A DNA stretch of 64,000 bases from Caldisericia bacterium. GTDB taxonomy: Bacteria > Caldisericota > Caldisericia > JAAYUI01. Location of the stretch: the NCBI GenBank assembly GCA_963674785.1, contig OY771555.1:1024001-1088000 (forward strand), written 5' to 3'. Shown here piece by piece: positions 1 through 9,496 of the stretch. The notes under the pieces are model-generated. The model was not told the origin of the DNA, did not search any database, and saw only the letters and a program-made list of their open reading frames with translations. Made by a program: the position numbers and the translations under genes. The first letter of the stretch is position 1; the number at the start of each line of letters is the position of its first letter.

Positions 1-614
1 TTCTGGAATTCCTTTTTAGCTTCTAAGATAAACTCTTCTGCACTAAGATGTTCATTTTTCTTTGTTCTGTATTTTTTATCTCTGAAGTATTTTACCTTAA
101 ACACTCCAGATTCAATTACCTGGGAGATTGTCAAAACCGAATACTCCAACAAAGTTTTTTTAATGTTGTAAATTTCTCCTTTTGGATACCCGTCATACTT
201 ATGGTTTAAAGCAAGATCATAAAAAAACTTGCTAATATCGTTATGTGTTGGAAACTTTTCATCCTTGCCACAAATAATTTCTGCAAGTTCTTCTTCAAAA
301 TCTAAGTTGTTTTCCCTGGCCTCAAGAAGTTTTTTTATCTGAGCTTTGTCTATTTGAGTTTGAACTTCAAGTTTGGTAATAAAATCACGAATTATTGCTT
401 GTGCCTCTCTAAAGATATCAAGCTGGAAAAAGTATTCTCCATCAAAAAATGAATAAAATTCCAATCGGTCAAACCGTAATTGATATGATCCTGCTAGCTC
501 ATTAGATACACTATCTCTCCAAGAATCAAAACCAACATCATCGAAATTGTATTTGCTTAGCTCAAAATCATATATCTGGGTGTAAAGATCCTGAAGCAGT
601 TTAATTTTGTCCAT
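1..614 (-). CDS. Hypothetical protein, runs off the window edge; possible AbiJ-NTD-like defence protein
   Basis: Not in the ORF track. Read by hand: GGAGG RBS, then ATG at 614, open to base 1 (MDKIKLLQDLYTQIYDFELSKY...LAEIICGKDEKFPTHNDISKFFYDL...). AT-rich. The family call is tentative. Confidence 0.6.
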   Translation of the reverse strand, partial: MDKIKLLQDLYTQIYDFELSKYNFDDVGFDSWRDSVSNELAGSYQLRFDRLEFYSFFDGEYFFQLDIFREAQAIIRDFITKLEVQTQIDKAQIKKLLEARENNLDFEEELAEIICGKDEKFPTHNDISKFFYDLALNHKYDGYPKGEIYNIKKTLLEYSVLTISQVIESGVFKVKYFRDKKYRTKKNEHLSAEEFILEAKKEFQ

Positions 615-708
615 GTTTTTTACTACCTCCCCGAGGTTTTTTGAATTTTCGAGTTATATGACCAATTTAATATATAGATACTCTAGATTGCACATGAGCG
701 ATAGCTTT

Positions 709-2139
709 CTAAAATCGCCCAACCATCCCACAAACAACCCTCCACTGCTCTTCTGTGATCTTAAAGTTTGTGGCTTGGCTGAACTTGAAGATGTCGAGTT
801 CAGAGAGTACCGGGTCGTCCTGGATTTCAGCTTTCAGCAGGGGTTTATCTGACAAATCCTTCACCATAGAAAGGTCGGCAGCCACCATCTTGCTGGGGTA
901 TTCAAGAGAGAGGGCATATTCATCCTTCTCACCATCTGTTTCTATTATATATGGGTCTGAATCAATCTTCATGATGGCGTATATTCCAGCATTTTTTCCA
1001 GACATCCAGATTATTGCATTATGCCCTTTTTTGATTTTGTTTTTGTATCGTGTGACTCTCCAGCAATCGAGAGCATCATCAGCTATTGCATCAAGAATCC
1101 TGTACTTTTTTGGATTTGCCTGGAAAATCCAAGTTTTGATTTCGTCTTTCATTTCATCTTCCTTTTTTTCTATCCCACTCAAAGCTTCCTTTGCTTCAGT
1201 CAATAATTTCTGATAAGGTCTGCCCCTCTTCCCATCGGTATTTTTTATCACATCCTCAAGGATCGTTTTGTGGCAGTGTGTAAGGGCTTCATCTGCTGGG
1301 GTTTCTATGTCTGGGGTGACACCACAGCCCTCCCAGTTTGTTTCTGTGATTGGGTTTATTGCTCTTCCGCGGGGGATGAAAATCTCGAAATGATCATGGA
1401 TTTTGAATGGTGAACCGGGGTGTGCTCCACCTGCAGTACGCTCTCCGATGATGGTAGCCCGATTCAGGGCTTGGAGATTATAGGCAAACTCTTCACCGCC
1501 AGAAAAAGTAGTCCCACTTGTCAAAACATATATCGGTGTATCTGGTAACAATGTCCCCTTAACGTTAACTGTCCAGAATTCCTCGGTTTTTTCTTCCTCT
1601 CGGCAGTATATGGAATTGAGATGAACCGGCTCTTCATCAAAAAGGAAACTTGAGACAAATGTTACAGTGTGGGGGTTTCCACCCTTGCAATTCCTGAGGT
1701 CAAAAATGATATAGTCAGTGTTTGCAAGATAATTCATTGCAAAACTCAGTGTTTCTTTGCTTCCCCAGTTTGTATCAAAAAAATATCTGATGTCGATATA
1801 TCCAACATTTCCAGCCAATCTTTCAAGTTTGTAAACCCCAAAAGCATTTTGGCTTGCAATCAGCTTCATCTCTTCAAGCTTTTCTTTGTTTTTGAGCAGT
1901 GACCTTTTACTATCTGGAATTTTTTTCTCAAACCAGAGAACAGCAAGATGTTTGTCATTTGAAATCTTTTGGATGTGAGTGGTTAACTCAGTTGCGAGTA
2001 CCTCGGGGTCTTTGATGTTACCGTATTTTTTTATGTTTTCCTTGTGTGTCAAAATATCTTTTATTTTTTTCGCTACATCTAGGAAAATATAGTGTTTTTC
2101 AAGCTTTTCTGTTAGGTTGTTAATCAGTTCTTCTATCAT
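709..2139 (-). CDS. S41-family peptidase with C-terminal EVE domain (apparent fusion)
   Basis: GNVGYIDIRYF, IIFDLRNCKGGNP, TFSGGEEFAY and IIGERTAGGAHP are S41/IRBP-like motifs. The C-terminal WIFQANPKKY...W...IKKG...IIWMSG...GIYA is EVE-like. Start moved to MIEEL (GGGAG RBS). Confidence 0.8.
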   Translation of the reverse strand: MIEELINNLTEKLEKHYIFLDVAKKIKDILTHKENIKKYGNIKDPEVLATELTTHIQKISNDKHLAVLWFEKKIPDSKRSLLKNKEKLEEMKLIASQNAFGVYKLERLAGNVGYIDIRYFFDTNWGSKETLSFAMNYLANTDYIIFDLRNCKGGNPHTVTFVSSFLFDEEPVHLNSIYCREEEKTEEFWTVNVKGTLLPDTPIYVLTSGTTFSGGEEFAYNLQALNRATIIGERTAGGAHPGSPFKIHDHFEIFIPRGRAINPITETNWEGCGVTPDIETPADEALTHCHKTILEDVIKNTDGKRGRPYQKLLTEAKEALSGIEKKEDEMKDEIKTWIFQANPKKYRILDAIADDALDCWRVTRYKNKIKKGHNAIIWMSGKNAGIYAIMKIDSDPYIIETDGEKDEYALSLEYPSKMVAADLSMVKDLSDKPLLKAEIQDDPVLSELDIFKFSQATNFKITEEQWRVVCGMVGRF

Positions 2140-2650
2140 TTTCACTCCCAACTATCCCGCACCACATCTTTCCACCTGGGCATGTGTCATTATAGCTACA
2201 TTTCCCGCATTGAGAAGACATAAACAAAAGAAAGTGAGCGATGATGAGGACAAAATAGACCACAAGATAAACCCAGCCGAACATGTACACCCAATAGACT
2301 GGGAAAAGGATGGTGACAAAGAGAATACTCTCACCAAAGGTTGCGTTGATCTTGAAAAACTTTGGGTCGTGTTCCCTCCGGTTTTTGTAAAGAACTGTTG
2401 AAAGGAGATTTCCAAGATATACCCCGCAAAGAGCAGGACAATAGCGACCGCGATATGGGCAACCAATGCAACACCCAGCTTGAAAGAAATTCACCAGAAT
2501 GTAGAGTGCAAAAAGTGTGATCATCAGCCATATTGAAAATGTGTAGAGGATGTAGGAAGTCAGGGCAAAAACAGCGATGAGAGGTAGCAGAGAAACTGAA
2601 TATAAGACCTTATCTTTTACTGTCCATTCGTAACACTTCTTTTTTGTCAT
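2120..2650 (-). CDS. 4-TM membrane protein with two Cys clusters
   Basis: Hydrophobic helices; CCIGCPY..YCP and CGKCSYNDTCP motifs. Confidence 0.7.
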   Translation of the reverse strand: MTKKKCYEWTVKDKVLYSVSLLPLIAVFALTSYILYTFSIWLMITLFALYILVNFFQAGCCIGCPYRGRYCPALCGVYLGNLLSTVLYKNRREHDPKFFKINATFGESILFVTILFPVYWVYMFGWVYLVVYFVLIIAHFLLFMSSQCGKCSYNDTCPGGKMWCGIVGSENDRRTD

Positions 2651-3246
2651 TACAATCTCTCCTCGTAGCTTTTGCCAAATGTGGGGAAGTTTTCAAAAAA
2701 TGTTTTTCGAACCGCGGGTGGGGTTCGGTTCAGTGGACATGAGATTTGGTAGCACCTTGTGCATCTTTTGGTTATAAGCAAAGAGAAACCTATAATTACG
2801 GATAGCGATGTCAAAGTGAGTATTAGCCATTGTGAGCTGATGATGAAAAAAGGGACAAACCAGAGGAAGAGGATCGCAACATAAACAATCCAAAAGACTT
2901 TTTCCCACGTGGCAAGCGGTTTTGGGTCATACTTTGGAATTTTTGGAAGACCCCAGTTTGCATGGCATGTCAGAGTTTTCCCAGGTTCTGCATAGTGTGG
3001 GCAATGACGACAGAGAACAAGTGCCTCGAAGTAAATGAAGAAACTTGCAGCAAGCCCGATCCATATTATTAACCAGAGGTAGAATTTTCCTATGATCATT
3101 CCTGTTATGAAGAAGATAAAAAACCAGACACCACCAAGGAAAAACCCAAGAAGATCTTTTTTTGTGTGGGTACACATCAGTTTCCCTTCAATCTTACATC
3201 CATCACATGTAGAATTCTTGCACTCAGAAGCAGCTTTTTTGCCCAT
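2650..3246 (-). CDS. 4-TM membrane protein with Cys clusters, similar to its neighbour
   Basis: CRHCPHY..TCH and CTRCYQISCP motifs; start at MGKK after a GAAGGGGG RBS; stop overlaps the next ATG. Confidence 0.7.
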   Translation of the reverse strand: MGKKAASECKNSTCDGCKIEGKLMCTHTKKDLLGFFLGGVWFFIFFITGMIIGKFYLWLIIWIGLAASFFIYFEALVLCRHCPHYAEPGKTLTCHANWGLPKIPKYDPKPLATWEKVFWIVYVAILFLWFVPFFIISSQWLILTLTSLSVIIGFSLLITKRCTRCYQISCPLNRTPPAVRKTFFENFPTFGKSYEERL

Positions 3247-3336
3247 TTTCTGTCCCCCTTCTAATAACAAAATCTTGCTCTCCGGTACTTGCTCTTTCAA
3301 TTAACCTGGAATTAGAATAATTGCCTTTATTTCTGA

Positions 3337-3365
3337 TTGCTTCTTAACTTCGAATCTGTTATATT
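3337..3365 (+). promoter_or_regulatory. Sigma70-type promoter, probably giving a leaderless mRNA
   Basis: TTGCTT-17-TATATT with extended TG; ATG 6 nt after the -10 and no SD. Confidence 0.6.
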
Positions 3366-3371
3366 ATACCC

Positions 3372-3899
3372 ATGAGGGGTATATGGATTCTGATTTTAAC
3401 AGTATTTCTTGCACTGGGGTGTTCATCTGGTGCAGATACTCTTCCTGTGATTTCCTCTTGTGACTATTGTATTTCTGTTGTTTCTGGCATTGGTGAAAAA
3501 TTTCGAGATTTTACAGAGTTTAGCTATACTAGATTTGATAACTCTATTGTTGATTATAAACCCGAAAATAACAATCTTTTGATTTTTTGGCGATATGGTT
3601 GCGAAAGCTGCAGGTCTGAGCTTGATTATATTGAGGATTTCGTGGCAAAATATGACACAGAATTGTTGGTGATTTGCATAAATGATGTTGATTCCCTGCC
3701 AATTGTCATGGATGTCTTGCATGAACTAGATCCATCATTTGAGATTGTTTTTGATCCTTCTGGTGCCCTTCGGGTTCCATATCAAGTTTCCTCGGTGCCT
3801 GATTCGATTTATTTTTCCAGTAATGGTGATATAATAGAAAGAAGGAGAGCTTCCATTGACGAATTAACGCTACCCAGACTGATTGGAGAAAACAGATGA
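3372..3899 (+). CDS. TlpA/redoxin-like thioredoxin-fold lipoprotein
   Basis: Lipobox LALGC; FWRYGCESC active site; YQVSSVP cis-Pro loop. Confidence 0.8.
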   Translation: MRGIWILILTVFLALGCSSGADTLPVISSCDYCISVVSGIGEKFRDFTEFSYTRFDNSIVDYKPENNNLLIFWRYGCESCRSELDYIEDFVAKYDTELLVICINDVDSLPIVMDVLHELDPSFEIVFDPSGALRVPYQVSSVPDSIYFSSNGDIIERRRASIDELTLPRLIGENR

Positions 3900-5041
3900 C
3901 AATAACATCTTTGTCACTTAAAGGGCTACTGAGGAAACCAGCTGGATTTATTGCCTCAGTGCTAACGGTTTCTGTGGCTGCTTTTGTTGCCTGCCTATCT
4001 TTTGGTTTGTGGGTTGGATATGATTCAGCTTTGAGAGATGATATTGGTGGTATGGGTGCAGAGATTCTTGCTATCCCAAAAGGTTGCCCATATGAGGCAA
4101 CGGGTGCAATTCTTTCTGGTTCTGCGATTGGCTACTCAATCGATACTGGTTTGATGGAGCAGGCTCGAGAAACCATTGGTGTGGCTGAGGTTTCTGGGGT
4201 CATTATGGGACAGCGTGGAGCTGGTAAAAACAATAAAGTCATTGTTTTTAATGGCATCGATGAAAACTTTTTTACCTTAAAACCACAGTTTGGATTTGAT
4301 GGGGTTGTAGAAAAGGGAGAGGTCATTCTTGGTTATCACACTTCGAAACTTCTTGAGGTAGGAGTTGGGGATACTCTTCAAATTGCAAAAAGAGATTTTG
4401 AAGTCACACATGTTTTTGATGAATTCGGAAGCAATGATGACCTGCTTGTTTTGATGGAAATATCTGATGCCTGGGAATTGCTTAATGTTGACTCGAAACT
4501 CTCATCGGTTTTGATAAAACTTGATGACCCAGATGATGCTGAGATTGTCTCTGCTAGATTGATGGAGATTCCAGACCTGCAGGTTATTACTGTCAATGAG
4601 TTTTATGAAACTGTTTCAGGATTTATTGATGGTGCAAAAATGGCTGTGAGTGCTGTTCTTTTAATTGTACTTCTCATAGCATTTATCGGGATAATTCTTG
4701 CTCAAACAAGCTCCACCATCCAACGCAGAGGAGAGATTGGCATGATGAGGGCAATTGGTGCCTCAAAAACTCATATGGTTTTTGTATCACTTATTTCTGC
4801 AGGTTTCCTTGGTTTGATTGGGAGTTTGGTTGGGGCATCTCTTGGGTCTGTTTTTTCTGGGTCGATTGAAAACCTCATACGTACAACCCTTCCACAAGTA
4901 CCAAATGGTTCAATTATTCAGATAAACGTTCAGATAATGTTGATTACAGTTCTTTTGATGGCTGTGGTTTCAGTTTTAGCAGGATTAGTACCCACACTTC
5001 AAATTGTGAAAATTCGTCCAGTGGAGGCGATAAGTGAATAA
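3896..5041 (+). CDS. MacB/FtsX-type ABC permease
   Basis: 1+3 TM topology with a large extracytoplasmic domain; RRGEIGMMRAIGA; KGCPY motif. Confidence 0.85.
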   Translation: MTITSLSLKGLLRKPAGFIASVLTVSVAAFVACLSFGLWVGYDSALRDDIGGMGAEILAIPKGCPYEATGAILSGSAIGYSIDTGLMEQARETIGVAEVSGVIMGQRGAGKNNKVIVFNGIDENFFTLKPQFGFDGVVEKGEVILGYHTSKLLEVGVGDTLQIAKRDFEVTHVFDEFGSNDDLLVLMEISDAWELLNVDSKLSSVLIKLDDPDDAEIVSARLMEIPDLQVITVNEFYETVSGFIDGAKMAVSAVLLIVLLIAFIGIILAQTSSTIQRRGEIGMMRAIGASKTHMVFVSLISAGFLGLIGSLVGASLGSVFSGSIENLIRTTLPQVPNGSIIQINVQIMLITVLLMAVVSVLAGLVPTLQIVKIRPVEAISE

Positions 5042-5705
5042 AATAGCGATAAAAACAGATTTACTTTCGAAGTTTTATAGTCGAGGAAGCGAAAAAATAA
5101 AAGCTGTGAATGAGGTCTCAATTGAGATAAAAAAAGGTGAGATGGTGGCGGTTATTGGAAGATCTGGTGCCGGCAAAACAACCCTGCTTTCCTGCATGGG
5201 TTTGCTCGAAGGATTTGACTCTGGAAAGCTGTTTATTAATGGCACTGATTTGACTGGAACCACCGAATCAAAGAGAACAAAATTGAGACTCAAATATCTT
5301 GGTTTTATTTTTCAGAGATTTTATCTCCTTCCAACCATGAACAGTTTTGAAAACATCTCGATTCCATTTTTGTTTTCTGGGAGGAAAGCCCCAAAAGGTC
5401 GAATTGATGAACTGCTCGAGATGGTTGGTTTGACCGAGAGAAAGCTTCACAGACCATATGAGCTTTCAGGTGGCGAGATGCAAAGAGTCGCTGTTGCAAG
5501 GGCTTTGGCACTTGACCCTGACATAATCATTGCCGATGAGCCGACAGGGAACTTAGATAGCGGAAATGCAAACAGAATTTTTTCCCTTCTGAAGAATTTG
5601 GCGAATAATGGAAAAACAATTATAATTGCAACACATAGCGGAGAGCTTGCGGGAAGTTGTGATCGAATAATAGAAATGCTTGACGGAAAGGTGGTAAATT
5701 CATGA
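5034..5705 (+). CDS. ABC transporter ATPase (LolD/MacB-like)
   Basis: GRSGAGKTT, LSGGEMQR, IIIADEPTGNLD, H-loop. Confidence 0.95.
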   Translation: MNKIAIKTDLLSKFYSRGSEKIKAVNEVSIEIKKGEMVAVIGRSGAGKTTLLSCMGLLEGFDSGKLFINGTDLTGTTESKRTKLRLKYLGFIFQRFYLLPTMNSFENISIPFLFSGRKAPKGRIDELLEMVGLTERKLHRPYELSGGEMQRVAVARALALDPDIIIADEPTGNLDSGNANRIFSLLKNLANNGKTIIIATHSGELAGSCDRIIEMLDGKVVNS

Positions 5706-6094
5706 AGAAAATGATTTCGCTTGTGGTTGTTTTGTTGCTTGCTGTTGTCATTATGACAGCTTGCGGAGCTGGAGAGTCTACATTTGGGCCAGAACTTGAT
5801 CCCAACATTGATTATGTAAAATCAACTGTTGGAGAGATATTTGTCGATCCAGAACTTTTTGATACTAATGTTGTCCTCGAGGTTGAACTTGTTGAAATTT
5901 GCCCTGCCGGTTGTTGGTTATACATTGCTGACCCAGATGATACAAACAATATCACGCTTTATGTCACAAGACTCAAAGACAGCTTCACCGTTCCAATGGA
6001 GGTTGAGGGAAAAATCGCAAAAGTCTGGGGCAAGGTGACCGCAAACAATCGAGGTGAAATTCTCGAGGGTCACAGGGTAGAAGTCATCGAATAG
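5702..6094 (+). CDS. OB-fold-like lipoprotein with CPAGCW motif
   Basis: Lipobox MTAC; EICPAGCW; beta-rich. Confidence 0.7.
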   Translation: MKKMISLVVVLLLAVVIMTACGAGESTFGPELDPNIDYVKSTVGEIFVDPELFDTNVVLEVELVEICPAGCWLYIADPDDTNNITLYVTRLKDSFTVPMEVEGKIAKVWGKVTANNRGEILEGHRVEVIE

Positions 6095-6096
6095 AA

Positions 6097-7242
6097 ATGA
6101 ACTGGCTTCTATTTGCATTCAGAGGAATAACAGCAAGAAAAGGCTCATGGATACTTTCCGCTGTGTCCATCGCCTTTTCTTTGATGCTTGTGCTTCTTCT
6201 TTTCTCTTTCTACTCGGGATACAAGATTGCCATGGAATCAGAACTTTCAACACTTGGGGTTCAGGTCATGGCAGTACCAAAGGGCTGTCCATATGCCTCA
6301 ACTGCTCTGCTTCTTCATGGTGGACATATCGAAGGTGAACTCCCCGAAAACTCTGTATCTGAAATCTCAGAATTGGACGGTGTGAAGAGGGCTGAGGGGG
6401 TTGTGATGGGTCAGCTTCATCTTGATTCTGGCAAAAAGATAATTCTTTTTGGAACAACTCCAGGATTTTCTGAACTTAAAACTCTGTGGGAAATTGATGG
6501 TGAGTATCCGGCTGATTCTGATTTTGTGGTACTGGGTTCGAGCATGGCTGAACAACTGGGACTAAAAATTCGTGACAGCTTCAATCTTGGCGAAAATGAG
6601 GTTTCAGTTTCTGGAATCTTGAAACCAACGGGCTCATCAGATGACAGCTTTATTTTTCCAACCATTGAGCTAGCAAGAGAGCTACTCGGACTTTCAGGTT
6701 TTACGGCGGTTTTTGCAGATGTAGAGTCAGGGATGTTAACAGACGTCAGTTCGGGGATTGAGGAATTAACAGATGCACAACCGGTAACTGTGAATCAGGT
6801 GGCAACAACAATCGGTGGACTTGTTGATTCAGCTGGCACAATTTTATTTGCTGTTATTCTGGTTGCTATTTTTGCGAGTGCTGCGGTTGTCGCTGGAAGC
6901 TCACTTCTTGGCATAATTGAGCAATCAAAACTCATTGGTATTCAGAGGTCAATTGGGGCATCACCACTGCAGGTTTCCTTTGGAGTGATTCTGCAAACAC
7001 TCATCACCACAGTTTTTGGAGGAGTCGCTGGAATACTTCTGGTATTTCTTCTGAAAACTCCACTTGAAAACCTGCTTCGCGTCTTGATTCCAAATGCACC
7101 ACTTACTGACCTTGTTCTTATCTCCCCATCCATGATCTTCATCACTTTTGGGGTAGCCGTGGCTTTGGGTTTGGTGTCTGCTATTCCGTCACTTTTTGCA
7201 ACACTCAGGAGTTCACCACTTACTATGGCTGGCGGGGCTTAG
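6097..7242 (+). CDS. MacB/FtsX-type ABC permease (second)
   Basis: Same length and topology as 3896-5041; KGCPY; IGIQRSIGA. Confidence 0.85.
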   Translation: MNWLLFAFRGITARKGSWILSAVSIAFSLMLVLLLFSFYSGYKIAMESELSTLGVQVMAVPKGCPYASTALLLHGGHIEGELPENSVSEISELDGVKRAEGVVMGQLHLDSGKKIILFGTTPGFSELKTLWEIDGEYPADSDFVVLGSSMAEQLGLKIRDSFNLGENEVSVSGILKPTGSSDDSFIFPTIELARELLGLSGFTAVFADVESGMLTDVSSGIEELTDAQPVTVNQVATTIGGLVDSAGTILFAVILVAIFASAAVVAGSSLLGIIEQSKLIGIQRSIGASPLQVSFGVILQTLITTVFGGVAGILLVFLLKTPLENLLRVLIPNAPLTDLVLISPSMIFITFGVAVALGLVSAIPSLFATLRSSPLTMAGGA

Positions 7243-8474
7243 AGGTTTATTTCTTCTGAATTGGCATAAATTACTTGTTCGGCAATTGCCTTGACTAGAA
7301 AAACTTCCCTCTCGATTATACCATCATCAATGAACGGAGTGTAGTACACTTTTTTGTCATTTGACTCTTTTCCATGCACAATAGAGTTTCTAATTTGGTA
7401 TATTCTTTCACTGAGATTTGAATATACTGACTCAGAGTGCGTAAAATTTATTGGAACTCCGATTTGTCCTTTTTTTAGATTCACTTTCTGTTTTTTATAA
7501 TACTCTAACAAGTCTTCATGTATCATTTTTAGCTTGCTCTGAAGGTGATCAACATCAACAAATTCTTCTAAACATTTTCGAAGGGATAATTTCTCATTTG
7601 ATCGCTCACTGTTTGAAATATTATTAAACTCGTTCACAGTATTAATAATATCAGTAATAGCATCTGTATTGTTATGTGAAAATCTTGGGTCAGCAACCCT
7701 TTTACTAATAGCAGTTACTAAAAACTTATTTGTGATTGAGATGAAAAAAAACTCAATAATGTTGTAATAATACAAGTACTCAGTGACTGGGTTTCCGCTA
7801 CTAGATGCAAATATATATCGATCTATGAGTTTATCATTATATAGTTTTTGAGGCTTGGAAACATCCCTTCTTGAGTCATAGAAATGGCTTTTTTGATAAT
7901 TTATGTTGGCAATAACTGGATCGTATCCACAACAATGTAAGTTATATATGAATCCCTTTGCAAGCGAAATGAGTCTTTCTTTTGGTATGTTTCTTTTGGT
8001 TTTAACACTAAGCTCCCTAAACCGATAGTTATCTGCAAACCAGTCCAATAAATCTATTTCCTTTTCTGATTTATATCTTGGGCCTCCATAGTATAAAATC
8101 TCGTTTTCTGAGTTTCTAAGAATAAACCAAAGAATGTGCTCTCTGCTGAGTTTATCAATACTATATGTGATTCCATTTTCTTCATCGACTTTAGTGATTG
8201 GTCTTTTATCAAGTGAATAAGTTCTGGAGATCAACATCTTTAAAGAGTCTTTCTTGTAAATATAGTTTTCCTCACCGTGATACTTGTTCAACTCTTCCAA
8301 TGTGGGTTTTAGTGTGTTGGTATCTAGAATAACATTCTGTTCCTTGGTCAACAGTAGATGGTTTTTTTCGTGTAGTTCTAAGTAAATTTTACTCTCATTT
8401 GTTTTTGAGATATTGGAGAAAGATTTACATGAGTTAATTACATCGTCAAGAATATATTCCAAGTTAACCACCAA
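7239..8474 (-). CDS. Putative HEPN-domain protein (defence-like)
   Basis: YLYYYNIIEFFF and C-terminal RNSIVH (RxxxxH); markedly AT-rich. Confidence 0.6.
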   Translation of the reverse strand: MVVNLEYILDDVINSCKSFSNISKTNESKIYLELHEKNHLLLTKEQNVILDTNTLKPTLEELNKYHGEENYIYKKDSLKMLISRTYSLDKRPITKVDEENGITYSIDKLSREHILWFILRNSENEILYYGGPRYKSEKEIDLLDWFADNYRFRELSVKTKRNIPKERLISLAKGFIYNLHCCGYDPVIANINYQKSHFYDSRRDVSKPQKLYNDKLIDRYIFASSSGNPVTEYLYYYNIIEFFFISITNKFLVTAISKRVADPRFSHNNTDAITDIINTVNEFNNISNSERSNEKLSLRKCLEEFVDVDHLQSKLKMIHEDLLEYYKKQKVNLKKGQIGVPINFTHSESVYSNLSERIYQIRNSIVHGKESNDKKVYYTPFIDDGIIEREVFLVKAIAEQVIYANSEEINL

Positions 8475-9411
8475 TCTTATTATAAGCCAGCTCGATGTAT
8501 TTCTTTATATCTTCAAACTCCTCTTGGTTAGAGATTGTGAATTGGGAATTCCCAGTACCCCAATGCCCAATATTTGTGACATCTTTGTAATACTTTATAT
8601 TGTTTGTATTTTCCGTGAAATCCCCAGGATTAAGTTTGAGAAACAATTTAATATTATTTGTGTGTGGGCTTACACAAGCTATGTTTTGTGATGCCTTATA
8701 AGCAATGTATAACTTTTTGGGCACTTCTTCGATTGAATCATCAAGATTAAGTATGAATTCCCTTATTGATTCAATAAGATCGCATATTTTTTGAGATTTT
8801 CCGTTTACATGTTGCTCAAATGTGTATTCCCCAGTTGCTCTGGTAATTGCAGCTTTCTTCCCGGCTTCGACCATTACGGGATTTTTTCCAGTACTATTGC
8901 TTGAAGATACCGAACTTACCTTTGATTTTTGATATACAACTTCGAGCAAAAGGGAATTGTTTGCAAATTTCCTGTATTTCCATAGTTCAATGTTTGCTCC
9001 CATCATCTAAACTGCCAACAAATCATATTTTCTGTAATTAGGAGCAATACATATTACTCGAATATCAGACCAATCGACTTCAATCCCATTGCCAAGTTTT
9101 TTCTGAACTGCAATTTCAAAATCACCTTTATGGTCAGCAATCCAATTGAGATAAAATAAGCTTTGGTTGATCAATTCAGAGGATTCAACTTTCTTGTACT
9201 CAATGATCACAGGGTTGTCTTCTTCGGAGAGTGCGAGTGAATCGATTCTTCCAGCATGTTTTGCGCCAGTTGAAAATTCGGTTGCTACAAATCTGCAATT
9301 GAAAACAGTTTGAAGGTTTTTCTCAATCAAATTTTGTAGTTCCTTTTCCGTACTAAAGTTCTTTTGTTCGATATGTTTGAGTTTTTCTCCTATGATTTCA
9401 AATATGGGCAT
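8464..9411 (-). pseudogene. NucS-like PD-(D/E)xK nuclease plus DUF5655-like domain, split by an in-frame TAG at 9007-9009
   Basis: N-part EKELQ..GRIDSLAL..PVIIEYKK..LINQSLFY; C-part EEVPKKLYIAYK..DVTNIGHWGTG; both in the same frame, separated only by TAG. Confidence 0.7.
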
Positions 9412-9496
9412 TTCTTCCTCCTGATTTTCCACAGAGATTCTATCACTTACTCTTCCTTTGGTCAAAGTTAATGTGTAAGTATGATAGGTTTATATC

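Noticed and set aside
9007-9009. Pyrrolysine at the in-frame TAG
   Set aside because: No pyl genes in the window, not a methylamine methyltransferase, and a single C-to-T change explains it
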